From Macrostomum lignano (lineage: Eukaryota), in assembly GCA_002269645.1 (NCBI GenBank), contig NIVC01001178.1:280003-344002 (forward strand): DNA of 64,000 nt, in the 5' to 3' direction. The position numbers and the translations under genes were made by a program. Of this stretch, positions 32,500 to 47,600 are shown piece after piece; position 1 is the first letter of the stretch; each line of letters begins with the position of its first letter. The notes beneath the pieces were generated by a model. It made no database searches and was not told where the DNA came from. It saw nothing but the letters and a program-made list of their open reading frames with translations.

Positions 32500-33330
32500 A
32501 GGTGGAGCTTCTGGACCCTCAACAGGTGGCACCAGGAGACTATGGACACCCTGGTGCAGATTTCTCTAGTTTCGCCGATCAAGCCCCAACAGTGGGCAAG
32601 AATCAACTGCCAGACATTCTCAGCTAGTCTCTCAAGCATTCTGTCATCATCCCAATGCCATTGGCTCCTTCAACAGATTACACCAGGCAACTATGGACAG
32701 CCTGATAAGAATTTCTCTAGTTTCACTGATCAAGCCTCAACCCTGATTGCAGCGCATGGGCATTTTGGCGGATGGCGTCTGGCGCGGATTGGCCTGGCGG
32801 CAACGCGGCGCGTGGCAGCAGCGCAGCGTGCGGTGGCATGGCGTGTGGCGGCGGCGCGCGGCGGCGTGGCAGGTGCTTTGGCAACTGGCGGCAACAAAGG
32901 GCCAGGTCAACATCGATTGATGCGAGCCATTGACTGACTAATTGAACCAAATCACTGATCCTGGGGACTGGCCCTGGCGCGGTACGGGTAGATGTCTGGC
33001 GCGGGAAAGGGGGGGCGTCCGGCGCGGTTCAGACCTTGGCTGCAATAGGGGCCTCAACAATGGGCAAAAATCAAAATCAACTGCTGGACATCCTCAGCTA
33101 GTCAGTCAAGTATTCAGCCATCACCCCAACACCATCGGCACTTTCAACAAATTACACCAGGTGACTATGGACATCTTGTTGGAACTGTCAGGTTTTTCTT
33201 ATCAAGCTTCAATAATGGGCAAACCTCAATTGTCAGACATTCTCAGCTAGTCTCTTGAGCCTTCAGTCATCATCCCAACACCATTGGCACCTTCAACAGA
33301 TTACACCAGGTGACTATGGACACTTGAGCA
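32500..33330. repeat. Three dispersed copies of a ~110-bp block with an intervening GC-rich patch
   Basis: acattctcagctagtc...attacaccagg[c/t]ractatggaca near 32610, 33085, 33235; GCG-rich stretch 32760-32880. Confidence 0.7.
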
Positions 33331-35603
33331 TGATTTTTTATCATCTCTTAACATTTCTAAAGCTCTCAAATTTTTTTAAGCATGGACATTGCTATAGGTA
33401 AGCTTAAACTCATGTTGCTATATATTTATATTATTATTATACATGCATATTTTATTTGACAAGCTGTTTAGTTTATTCAACAATAATATTATTTTGCTTA
33501 TCGCAATGTTTCCAAGAAATACAATTATTCATATATAAGCTTTAATTGAATCTACGTAGTGAGCTGTGAATGGGATTTATAATTTGTGCACGTGTAACTT
33601 ACTTATAATAAGTAGAATAATTCCAACTTGACTAATTGCTTTTGAGCTTTGAAGCTTTGAGACGGTTAAGAGATAGTATGGCGTCTGCCATATCATGACG
33701 AAAATGCATTGAATTCGTTCAATTGCATAGTTTAATAAATATAAACAAAAATATTCAGAAATTACTCGTTTAAGTCATTACTACTAAGAAATGATCTCAA
33801 TATCTTAATTACTGTTATCTCAAATATCTCAAATCTCAAATTAATGACAACAAACTGACATATTTACACTTATTAAAATTTTACTATTTGTTGGCAGACG
33901 AAACGACTATATCGTATTCTTGCAGACAAAAGGGTGGCAGACGAAACGACCGTCTACCTCTGGTATAACTCCAAGCATGAAATGGAATTTGGCTAATAGG
34001 GGCCTAATAAAAATGCAATATAATTATATAACTAGGGCATAGGCCTAAAAGTATTAAAATTCAAAACACAAATGATTTTTTAGGTCTATAATTCTATAAA
34101 TAAAAATTATCAAAAAGAAAAAGGAAATTTCTAAAAATCTTCAAAATCTAACTGTGATTCCTAGCAAGAGCGATCTATCCCAATATATTTTTATAATAAA
34201 AATGGGAATTTACATTGGCCCATTTAGACTTTCGGTGGATAAGGGGAACTAAGCAGTAAAAATATATTTTACATTTAGCATAATACAATGACAATGTATT
34301 ATATTATGCAATGACAACACTACCATTATCAAGCATTCCTATTTGACTGTGGCTTCTGTGACAGCACCTCAAAAAGGGAACAAAAAGTTTGCACTATTGC
34401 ATCTTTTTAAGTGAATAATAAAAGCATTACAATTTACATGTTACCCAGGCGTAGCAGAATTTATGTGAAAGATACTGCGATAGTGATAGCAATGTACATA
34501 CATATGTATGTTATGGTTATGTAATTCTGAGCTTTTAAGCTCGTGTCATGATAATGACAGTTGCCAGTTGCTAAGCCATAAAAAGATAACCTTGGATTTC
34601 CAGCAATCCGAGAGATAAAACTCAATGGCCCGAATAATTTGGAAATTTTATAAATGACTAGGACTATTTAATGTACCCCTAATCTCTGGGGTTGGTGGCG
34701 CATTGACGCGGCGTGATGAGTAGGTGAGCGAGGGCACATTTATTCTGCTTAGCAAAGATTAAGTTAACACATTTTGTCAAATTTAGAAGTCGGTTTCGTA
34801 GATAAGTAACATTTTAAAAAAGCAACTACAATAACAAAAAATAAAAGATTAAGTATTTCATGTGACAATAAAAGTATAAAAAGGTTTTATAATCAGCAAA
34901 TTTTATAGCAAAAAATTTTTGTGTTTTTATTTAACATATTTTTATGTGGGAATAATCACAGCGATAAATCATTTTTTCTAAGACATCAATCATCATCCAG
35001 TCGTTAATCTAATATCTCTGTCGGTCAAAAAATAGACCACGACGGTTTTCTACTTTTCTAGTGATGATTTGCTTTTGCTAGTGTAGAAAAACTTTAAATA
35101 GACGAAAAAGTCCTAAGCATTAATAGAGATCTAATTAAGATCTCGACAATAGTACGCCTTACTTTATATTCAATTTTATCGCCAGCTGATTCAATAAAAC
35201 TTAAAAGTAGTCGTCGAAGTTAAAACTGGCGGCATTTTTAGTCTAAATAGAAGCTGCAAATTTACGTAGCACCTCCATCTAATTTTCTCTTATAATAAAT
35301 TGCTACAAATACTAAACAATATTCAGCTAATCAGCTCTACTACAGCTTAACATACATAGCCTAACATAGGTGATTTTTCCTTCTTCAGATTACTAATTTT
35401 CACTACACAACACTACACAAGTTGGACTTAACACTTTGCTTCGATTTTTTAACAATTTGTATTCTTCATAAATAATATAGTTCTGTTCATTAGTAGTATT
35501 AAGGCTAATCATCATTATAATTTGTAGTCTGAAAGCAATTAGTTTTATAAACTTGAATTAAAACAAACTATTTCATGTGGAATGCAGTTTTGTAAAAAGA
35601 AAA

Positions 35604-38600
35604 ATGTCACTATTTGACTTTCAATCAAGAGAAGTTGTTCACGTCAAAGTAAAGGTAAGTGCCAATGGTCAATGGTTATACTAATTAGTTTATTACTTTT
35701 CATCATAAACTAAATATGCATTCCCATGGACATTTAGTAGGATATAAAATTTAAGCAAAGTTGCCTAGCAAACTATATATAATTCAACCTATTTTTTATT
35801 CAAAATTTAGTAATATAAAATGCCAAAATTAAGTTAATTAGGCCTATTAATTTAATTTAAGTTTAGGATAATATATTTCTTTTATATCATAAATTCTTAG
35901 CCTAGATAAAGCTAATATAATTAATAATATTTAGCTGTATATAAGCTTTTTGTGCACAAGCTGAAAACAAGTCATTTTATTTATATAAATATTAAAGGAT
36001 TTTTAGCATAAGAGTTTTATATTTATCAAATTTACATAGCAAAAGAATATAAATGTTTGAATAATTATCTTTAATATCCATTAGCACTCATACAGGTAGC
36101 ACTATATTTAAGCAAAAATATCTTTATTATCTATTTTTTTATTATTAATTTAGTTCATTATATAATCATTAGGTTTACTATGCTTTTATTAGTAAAACAA
36201 GATCGCTGTACTAACTTTGTTGATACAAATAGAATCAAGGTTTCAATAAAAGGCTTAGCCAAGATAGGGAGGGGGCTAGAGACTTGTCCCCCCTAGAGAG
36301 AGAATTTTTTACTGCCTTTGTATTTGTCAAAGATAGATTAATATAATTTGTCCCCCATGACATTAATCTTGGCTATGCACTTGGTTTCAATTATAAATTA
36401 AACTAAATATAACGTGTAATGATATAAAAATTGGGCATATCAAAATTTCATTAAAACCAATTAATTTATTTTAGTTATGCAGTTCAACTGATGATGCAGT
36501 ATACAAGAAGTTTAGCATTGATCCTGGCATCACAACCTTTGAAGTATTACAGCGACTTTTGGCTAGAGCATTTGATATCAAGTGGTAAGTTAAATCTTAT
36601 TGCTTAATAGAATTCCCATCAATGCAATCCCAATGCAAGTCAGATTTGGGGATGTGGGATTTGAATCCCATTGTCAGAGTTGGGGATTTGAATCCCATCT
36701 ATCAGATTTAAGATTTGAATCCCATCTGTCAGATTTGGAGATGTGGGATTTGAATCCCATCTGTCAGAGTTGGGATTTGAATCCCATCTGCCAGAGTTGG
36801 GGGTGTGGGATTTAAATCCCAGTGGTGAGATTTGGGATTTGAATCCCATCTGTCAGAGTTGGGAGTGTGGGATTTGAATCTCATCTGTCAGATTTGGGGA
36901 TGTGGGATTTGAATCCCATCTGTCAGATCTGGGGATGTGGGATTTGAATCCCATCTGCCAGAGTTGGAGATGTGGGATTTGAATCCTATCTGTCAGAGTT
37001 GGGATTTGAATCCCATCTGTCAGAGTTGGGGGTGTGGGATTTGAATCTCATCTGTCAGATCTGGGGATGTGGGATTTGAATCCCATCTGTCAGAGTTGGG
37101 GGTGTGGGATTTGAATCTCATCTGTCAGATCTGGGGATGTGGGATTTGAATCCCATCTGTCAGAGTTGGGATTTTAATCCCATCTGTCAGAGTTGGGATT
37201 TGAATTCCATCTGTCAGAGTTGGGATTTGAATCCCATCTGTCAGAGTTAGGGATGTGAGATTTGAATCCCACCTGTCAGAGTTGGGAATGTGGGATTTGA
37301 ATCTCATCTGTCAGAGTTGGGGGTGTGGGATTTGAATCCCATCTGTCAGAGTTGGGGGTGTGGGATTTGAATCTCATCTGTCAGATCTGGGGATGTGGGA
37401 TTTGAATCCCATCTGTCAGAGTTGGGATTTTAATCCCATCTGTTAGAGTTGGATTTGAATCTCATCTGTCAGAGTTGGGGATGTGAGATTTGAATCCCAC
37501 CTGTCAGAGTTGGAATTTGATTCCTATCTGTCAGAGTTGGGATTTGAATCCCACCTGTCAGAGTTGGGATCTGAATCCCATGGGTCAGAGTTGGGATTTG
37601 AATCCCATCTTTTAGATTGGGACATGTGGATTTAGTGCATCCCTTTTTCTATACCTTCGTTTTTCACTTTCTATGCTTTGTTTAATTTTCCAGCGACTTT
37701 ACCATATCCTACCTGGTGACAGATGACATTGGGGAGAAGGTCTACCTATCTATGCTGTCAGACTGGGATCTTGATGCGGCTATACTTAGCGCTTCAGATC
37801 CCATTCTAAGGCTGAAGATAACATTGAGGAATTTTGACAATGGTAAGGTTATAAAATTTTGTTTTTAATGAGCAAATGAAAAATGTCCTTTCCTGATTTT
37901 TCATACTTTTTGTTTGCACAAGCGCTGCTTAATTTCTATTGAGGTTCCTTCATTTTATTTACTAATTGCACAGCAACTCATGGTAAGTGACTGTGACTGA
38001 TGATGGAAACCTTCAGTACAAAAATAATGATATTATGCAACTTTGATATTAATCAAAATGCTTTTCTGTTGTGTTGTACGAGGCCAGAGGTGAATTTATC
38101 TACAAAGATAAATCTAGTGTTGCACAGTTACATACTTGCATAGGCTGTTATATAGTACTCTAGTATATAAGTAGTATGTTAAAATATGACAATTTATAAT
38201 TAAATAATTAATTTCAGGCCTAGATAGCGGAGTATTCACCTTTCACCAGTCGTACAATCAGAGCTTTGAAGACGGGCTCAATCACGAGGATGAGTCTAAA
38301 ATGGCTTGTAAATAATCTCGCTATAATATACGTATAAAAATGAGACTAATAAGAATTAATTCTTTGCCGTGCACTTTAAAGGGGTGAATTTGCGTGCTTT
38401 TTTATGGAACAACTGCTACTCACAGCTTTGAGTTTTGACTTTTGAGTTTTCCTTTTCACTTTTGCGCTATTTTTACTTTTCACCAGTTTTTCCCACAGTT
38501 ACAACAGAAATTGTTCTCGTTACAGTCGGTTGCAGCTTTAACTCAACTTTAATTGAATGCTTTAGGACATTGTAATAAAGCATTGCTTTTTTGCTGTTAT

Positions 38601-41600
38601 ATTGGCGTGTTTCTTAATTGTTGGTTTGGGTATGGCGGTGCTGCCATGTTAAGATTTTTACAAAATTAGTTATTTTGTTTATTGTTTTTTTCGGTATTAT
38701 TCATATTTATCGAGAAGATAAAATTTAGTGTAGCTTATATCTATCTAAATCATACTTTATTGAATCCGATATGTATCGAAAGTATACTTAATCGTAGCCG
38801 ATATGTATTGAAAAGATACTTTAGTAAAGCCGATATAAATTATAGGATATTTTTGCTAAGCTAAAATGTATCGAAAGTGTACTTTAGCGTAGTCGATATG
38901 TATATAGAAGGGATACTTTAAAGTAGCCGATATGTATCCAAAGGATACTTAAGCGTAGCCGATATGCATCGAAGGTATACTTTAGCGTAGCCGATATGTA
39001 TCGAAAGGTGATGGTTTATCCTAACCGATATGTATCGAAAAACATCATTAACAATTTGAAAAATCGACAGGCATGGACAAAGATTGGGATATCATATCCC
39101 GAGGCGAGCTGCCGCTTCAGTCCCAAGCCGGTCTGTTGGCTCTTCAGCGACAACAACAGAAAGAGCAGCAGCAACAACAACAGCAGCAAAATCACCAAGT
39201 GGCCTTATCGAATAGTTCCAGCGTTGTTGCCAATGGCAACAGCAGCGTCAGCCAGCAGCCGCCGCAGCAGCAGTCGTCAAGTTCAGGCGGCAGCGGGCCC
39301 AGTCAGTTCTTCTCTCAGTTGGGCAGCCACGTCGGCAAGTCGATGATCACGCAGATGCAGAAAGCGGTTGGCGGCTGGAAGCTTTTGCCCGAGCTGAATT
39401 TGCCCAGCAGCAGCTCGTCCGGTCCGGCGCTTCCGTTCGCTCGTCAGGACGCGATGTCGGCTCCGCCAAGGCCGCCTGTGTCTGACAGGGAGTTCCAATC
39501 GCATCTGGACTCGGCTGGGCGGGTGCGCGACTTCTGGGCGTTGAAGCAGGCCGTGTTTCTGGGAGGCCTGGATCCTTCGCTGAGAAAGGTCGGAGAACGG
39601 CAATCTAAGTTGTTAATTTAAACAAATAATTTTTTTTAAAAATTGACAGCAGTTTCTTTTTTTGACTGCACTATAATAGTTTTTTCAGATTTTTGGTGCT
39701 AATTAAAACTTTATTTATTTTGGCGCCATTTTAAATTTCTTTTTTGGCACCAATTTAAATTTCTTTTTTGGCACCAATTTAAATTTCTCGGTTTTGGAAC
39801 CATTTTTCCAATTATTTGATTTTGACACCAGTTCCAACATCTTGATTTGGTGCCAATTCAATCTTTTAGTTTCAAATTTACCAATTCGAATTTTAGGTTT
39901 TAGCCCCAATTTAAATGTATCGATTTTGGCACCAATTCAAATTTCTAAGTTTTAGCGCCAATTTAAACTACTAGATTTTGGTGCCAATTCAAATTTGACT
40001 CAAATTATTTTTGCGTTATCTTCAGATTAAATGAGAAAACTTTAGATGCATCCATAAAACACAATCAATTTATTTCTTGGCTACAGGTTGCTTGGCGCCT
40101 TCTGCTTCCGGTGTTCCCCAAGGGCAGCACCGGTCAGGAGCGCATTGCCTTCATGAAGCGCTCAGCTCAGCGCTACTTCGAAATGAAGCGCTGCTGGAAG
40201 GAGACTTACGCAGCGGGTCAGATGAGTCAGGCGCATCTGGCTCTGATCACAGCTATTAGCAAGGATGTTATTAGAACTGATCGAGGTGCGTTCGTGCTCC
40301 ATTCTTGTAACATCCATTATTTTATTATCTTGATTCTGGTTATGCTTCTGTGTCTTGTGTTCTGGGGACACAAAGCATTCACCCCTCTGCACGAAATTTT
40401 ACTGCAGCTTTTGGTCAGTTGTAAACACAAATCTATGTAGTCTGTCTGCTTTGATCTCTTCCTTCTCTGTCCTTTTTCTCTTTTCTCCATTCATTTCTCC
40501 CTTCACTCTATGCCCTTCATCTCTTCCCTTCATTTCTTCTCTTCGTCTCATCCCTTCTTCTCTTCCCTTCATCTGTTCCCTTCTTCTCTTCCCTTCATCT
40601 GTTCCCTTCTTCTCTTCCCTTCATCTGTTCCCTTCTTCTCTTCCCTTCTTCTCTTCCCTTCTTCTCTTCCATTCATCTGTTCCCTTCTTCTCTTCCCTTC
40701 TCTTCCCTTCTTCTCTTCCCTTCTTCTTTTTCCTTCATCTATTTCTTTCATATTTTTCCTTCATCCCTTTCTTACTGCGCATATTTTGTTTGCCATTTAT
40801 CATACTTTAATTCACCAGCATCGTGAAGTTGTAGTGAACCTAAATTTGTATACAGACACAGACTCCTTTATCTTCAATGCTTAATTTTGCTTTAATTCAT
40901 TTCTTTATATCACCTACCAAAACGATAGCATGGTACTCGTATTACTCAATGTCAATTACCATTGATAATGATTATTAAATTTATAATAACCGTTAGTTTG
41001 TATAATCGTATTAAATCCTATATACTAAAAATGAGTTGTCTGTGGGTAGGTAGGTAGGTAGGTATGCGATAGATTTCAGAAAAAATGGCTCAACCGATTT
41101 TCTTCAAACTTGCACCATTCGATCAGAAATTTTCCTGGGACGGTACATGCATCTTGGCTAAAAAATTGCTCAATATTAAAGGGATTAAATATTCGAAAAA
41201 CAGGCTTTTTTGCAAAGGTCAAGCGGCTCTTTCGATCTGAAATGCATTGTAAGAATGCTAGAGAAAAAACTGACTGACTGAATTTCAATTCTGATAAAGA
41301 TTGCATCACAACAAGTTGAAAACAGTGCCAAAGAAATGCACACACAACTTGATTGAAATTGCGTAACAATATTGCTAACTTAAATTGACACTGATACTGG
41401 CTGACTAAGAAATTGATTATGTCATAACTTTTTACTCTAACCAACTTGCTGTAAGCATTGAATTATAAGGGCCACAAATCATGTTCGCCAATTGAAAAGA
41501 GATAGCATAGATGCGAACAGACTGGACTGCTAATGCAGCGACCTGGGTTCCAATCTTAGTGCTGCAAAAAGATTTTTTTATTAAAACACCTTGAAAACAC

Positions 41601-44600
41601 GAAACTGCTAAACATAAAAAAGCACAATGTCAAACATAAAAGAGGCACCATGTCAAACATTACATGGGCACCATGTAAAACATATACGTCACTCTATGTC
41701 AAACATTAAAGAGCCACCATGTGAAACATAAAAGAGTCACCATTTCGAAAATTAAAGAGCCACCACGTCGAACATTAAAGACCCACCATGTCAAACGTAA
41801 AAGAGCCACCATGAAGAACATTAAATAGCCACCATGCCAAACATAAAAGAGCCACTATGTCGAACATTAAAGAGCTAGCATGTCAAACATTAAAGAGCCA
41901 CCATGTCGAACATAAAAGAGCCGCCATGTAAAACATTAAACAGCCACATTGTCAAACATAAAAGAGCCACCATGTAAGACATTTAAGAGCCACCATGTGA
42001 AACATTTAAGAGCCACCATGTCAAACCTAAAAGAGCCACCATGTCGAACATAACAGAGCTACCATGTCAAACATTAAAAAGCCACCATGTCCAACTTAAA
42101 CGAGCCATTATGTCGTACATTAAAGAGCCACCATGTCAAACATTAAACAGCCACCATGTCAAACACAGAAGAGCCACAATGTCAAACATAGATGAGCCAC
42201 CATGTCAGATATTAAAAAGCCACCGTATCAAACATAAAAGAGTTACCATGTAGAACAAAAAAGAGCCACCATGTCGAACATAAAAGAGCCACCATGTCAA
42301 ACATAAAAGAGCCAACATGTCAAACCTAAACGAGCCACCATGTCTAATATTTAAGAGACACCATGTATAAGTGACTTTATGTCAAACATTAAAGAGCCAC
42401 CATGTCAAGCATAAAAGAGCCACCATGTCAAACATTAAAGAGCCACCATGTCGAACGTTAAAGAGCCACCATGTCAAGCATAAAAGAGCCACCATGTCAA
42501 ACATTAAAAAGCCATGTCAAACACTAAAGAGCCACCATGTCGAAAATAAACGAGCCATTATGTCGTACATTAAAGAGCCACCATGTCAGACATTAAAGAG
42601 CCACTATGTCAAACATAAAATAGCCACTATGTCAAACATTAAAGAGCCATCATTACATTAAGGTGCCACCAGGTCAAACATTAAAGAGCCACCATGTCAA
42701 ACATTAAAGAGCCACCATGTCGAACATTAAAGAGCCATCATGTCAAACATAAAAGAGCCACTATGTCAAACAATAAAGGGACACCATGTCAGACATTAAA
42801 AAAAACCCGAATCAAACATAAGAGAGCCACCATGTAGAACATTAAAGAGCCACCATGTCAAACATATATGTGACTCCATGTCAAATATATACGTGACTCC
42901 ATGTCACACATAAAAGAGCCACCATGTAAAACATATACACATGACTACATAACAAACATTAAACAGCCATCATGTCGAACATTAAAGAGCCATCATGTCA
43001 AAAATTAAAGAGCCACCATGTCAAACATTAAAGACCCACCATGTCAAACATAAAAGAGCCACCATGAAAAGCATATACGTGACTCCATGCCAAATATATA
43101 CGTGACTCCATGTCAAACACAGACGTGACTCCATGTGAAACACTAGAGAGCCACCATGTCAAACATTGAAGAGCCACGATGTCAAACATTTAAGAGCACC
43201 ATGTTAAACATAAAGGAGCCACCATGTCGAACATTAAAGAGCCACCATTTCAAACATTAAAGAGCCATCATTACATTAAGGTGCCACCAGGTCAAACATT
43301 AAAGAGCCACCATGTCAAACATTAAAGAGCCACCATGTCGAACATTAAAGAGCCATCATGTCAAACATAAAAGAGCCACTATGTCAAACAATAAAGGGAC
43401 ACCATGTCAGACATTAAAAAAAACCCGAATCAAACATAAGAGAGCCACCATGTAGAACATTAAAGAGCCACCATGTCAAACATAGAAGAGCCACCATGTC
43501 AAACATAAAACAGCCACCATGTCAAACATAAAAGAGCCACCATGTCAAACATAAAAGAGCCATCATGTCAAACATATATGTGACTCCATGTCAAATATAT
43601 ACGTGACTCCATGTCACACATAAAAGAGCCACCATGTAAAACATATACACATGACTACATAACAAACATTAAACAGCCATCATGTCGAACATTAAAGAGC
43701 CATCATGTCAAAAATTAAAGAGCCACCATGTCAAACATTAAAGACCCACCATGTCAAACATAAAAGAGCCACCATGAAAAGCATATACGTGACTCCATGC
43801 CAAATATATACGTGACTCCATGTCAAACACAGACGTGACTCCATGTGAAACACTAGAGAGCCACCATGTCAAACATTAAAGAGCCACGATGTCAAACATT
43901 TAAGAGCACCATGTTAAACATAAAGGAGCCACCATGTCGAACATTAAAGAGCCACCATTTCAAACATTAAAGAGCCATCATTACATTAAGGTGCCACCAG
44001 GTCAAACATTAAAGAGCCACCATGTCAAACATTAAAGAGCCACCATGTCGAACATTAAAGAGCCATCATGTCAAACATAAAAGAGCCACTATGTCAAACA
44101 ATAAAGGGACACCATGTCAGACATTAAAAAAAACCCGAATCAAACATAAGAGAGCCACCATGTAGAACATTAAAGAGCCACCATGTCAAACATAGAAGAG
44201 CCACCATGTCAAACATAAAACAGCCACCATGTCAAACATAAAAGAGCCACCATGTCAAACATAAAAGAGCCATCATGTCAAACATAAAGGAGCCACCATG
44301 TCAATCAAAAAAGAGCCACCATGTCAAACTTAAAACAGCCACCATGTCAAACATAAAGGAGCCACCATGTCAAACATTAAAGAGCCGCAATGTCAAACAT
44401 TGAAGAGCCATCATGTCAAACATTGAAGAGCCACCATGTCAAACATTAAAGAGCCACCATGTCGAACATTAAAGAGCCACCATGTCCAACATATATGTGA
44501 CTCCATGTCAAACATTATAGAGCCAGCATGTCAAACATTAAAGTGCTACCATGTCAAACATAGAAGAGCCACCATGTCGAACAATAACGAGTCACCATGT

Positions 44601-47600
44601 CAAGTATATTCGTGACTCCATGTCAAACATAAAAGAGCTACCATGAAGAACATTAAAGAGCCACCACGTAAAACATTAAAGAGCCACCATGTCAAACATA
44701 AAAGAGCCATCATGTCAAACATAAAGGAGCCACCATGTCAATCAAAAAAGAGCCACCATGTCAAACATAAAGGAGCCACCATGTCAAACATTAAAGAGCC
44801 GCAATGTCAAACATTAAAGAGCCATCATGTCGAACAATAAAGAGCCACCATGTCTAACATTAAAGAGCCACCATGTCGAACATTAAAGAGCCACCATGTC
44901 TAACATTAAAAAGCCACCTTTTTGAACATAAAAGAGCAACCAATGTCGAACATTAAAGAACCACTATGTCCAACATAAAAGAGACATAAACAATAAAGGG
45001 ACACCATGTCAGACATTAAAAAAAACCCGAATCAAACATAAGAGAGCCACCATGTAGAACATTAAAGAGCCACCATGTCAAACATAGAAGAGCCACCATG
45101 TCAAACATAAAACAGCCACCATGTCAAACATAAAAGAGCCACCATGTCAAACATAAAAGAGCCATCATGTCAAACATATATGTGACTCCATGTCAAATAT
45201 ATACGTGACTCCATGTCACACATAAAAGAGCCACCATGTAAAACATATACACATGACTACATAACAAACATTAAACAGCCATCATGTCGAACATTAAAGA
45301 GCCATCATGTCAAAAATTAAAGAGCCACCGTGTCAAACATTAAAGACCCACCATGTCAAACATAAAAGAGCCACCATGAAAAGCATATACGTGACTCCAT
45401 GCCAAATATATACGTGACTCCATGTCAAACACAGACGTGACTCCATGTGAAACACTAGAGAGCCACCATGTCAAACATTAAAGAGCCACGATGTCAAACA
45501 TTTAAGAGCACCATGTTAAACATAAAGGAGCCACCATGTCGAACATTAAAGAGCCACCATTTCAAACATTAAAGAGCCATCATTACATTAAGGTGCCACC
45601 ATGTCAAACATTAAAGAGCCACCATGTCAAACATTAAAGAGCCACCATGTCGAACATTAAATAGCCATCATGTCAAACATAAAAGAGCCACTATGTCAAA
45701 CAATAAAGGGACACCATGTCAGACATTAAAAAAACCCGAATCAAACATAAGAGAGCCACCATGTAGAACATTAAAGAGCCACCATGTCAAACATAGAAGA
45801 GCCACCATGTCAAACATAAAACAGCCACCATGTCAAACATAAAAGAGCCACCATGTCAAACATAAAAGAGCCATCATGTCAAACATAAAGGAGCCACCAT
45901 GTCAATCAAAAAAGAGCCACCATGTCAAACTTAAAACAGCCACCATGTCAAACATAAAGGAGCCACCATGTCAAACATTAAAGAGCCGCAATGTCAAACA
46001 TTGAAGAGCCATCATGTCAAACATTGAAGAGCCACCATGTCAAACATTAAAGAGCCACCATGTCGAACATTAAAGAGCCACCATGTCCAACATATATGTG
46101 ACTCCATGTCAAACATTATAGAGCCAGCATGTCAAACATTAAAGTGCTACCATGTCAAACATAGAAGAGCCACCATGTCGAACAATAACGAGTCACCATG
46201 TCAAGTATATTCGTGACTCCATGTCAAACATAAAAGAGCTACCATGAAGAACATTAAAGAGCCACCACGTAAAACATTAAAGAGCCACCATGTCAAACAT
46301 AAAAGAGCCATCATGTCAAACATAAAGGAGCCACCATGTCAATCAAAAAAGAGCCACCATGTCAAACATAAAGGAGCCACCATGTCAAACATTAAAGAGC
46401 CGCAATGTCAAACATTAAAGAGCCATCATGTCGAACAATAAAGAGCCACCATGTCTAACATTAAAGAGCCACCATGTCGAACATTAAAGAGCCACCATGT
46501 CTAACATTAAAAAGCCACCTTTTTGAACATAAAAGAGCAACCAATGTCGAACATTAAAGAACCACTATGTCCAACATAAAAGAGCCACCATGTCAAACAT
46601 AAAAGAGCCATCATGTCAAACATTAAAGAGCCACCATTTCGAACATTAAAGAGCCACCATGTCAAACAGTAAAGAGCCACCATGTCAAGCAAAAAAGAGC
46701 CACCATGTCCAACATAAAAGAGCCACCATGTCAAACATTAAAAGAGCCGCAATGTCAAACATTAAAGAGCCATCATGTCTAACATTAAAGAGCCACCATG
46801 TCGAACATTAAAGAGCCACCATGTCTAACATAAAGAGCCACCATTTCAAACATAAAAGAGCCACCATGTCAAAAATTAAAGAGCCATAATGTCAAACAGT
46901 AAAACGCCACCATGTCAAACAATAAAGAGACACCATGTCAGACATTAAAAAAACCCTGAATCAAACATAAGAGAGCCACCATGTAGAACATAAAAGAGCC
47001 ACCATGTCAAACATTAAAGAGCCACCATGTCAAACATTAAAAAGCCACCATGTCAAACATTAAAGAGCCACCATGTCAAACATAAAATTTACACAATTTC
47101 AAACGTAAAAGTAAGCGTCATGCCAATTTTAAAGGAGCCACTATAGAGCTAAGGAAATTGTAGCACTAGCTACTTTACTTATTGTATGGTGGATGCTTAC
47201 TATTTGGGGTGCTTGCTATCTGGGGGATGCTTGCGATCTGGGGGATGCTTGCGATCTGGGGGATGCTTGCTATCTGGGGGATGCTTACTATCTGGGGTCT
47301 GGGGAATGCTTGCTATCTGCGGATGCTTGCTATCTGGGGTTGCTTGCTATCGGGGGGATGCTTGCTACCTGGGGGATGCTTGCTATTTTGGGATCGATGC
47401 TTGAATGCTGTCTGAGGATGCTTGCTGTCTTGGGATGTTTTGTTTTTAGAGGGAATGTCTGTTGTTGTTTTTTGAAGGCTTTAGTTCGCTGTCTATTTGT
47501 TATTTGTAAAGAACAAGGATTCTAACCAGATGTCCCCCATCGGGGGGCGAAGATTGCTAGTATAATCTGAAATTAAAACGATCACAGACCAGTCGTATTA

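Noticed and set aside
36640-37620. CRISPR-like array (palindromic GGGATTTGAATCCC core)
   Set aside because: No unique spacers, eukaryotic intron context, no cas genes.
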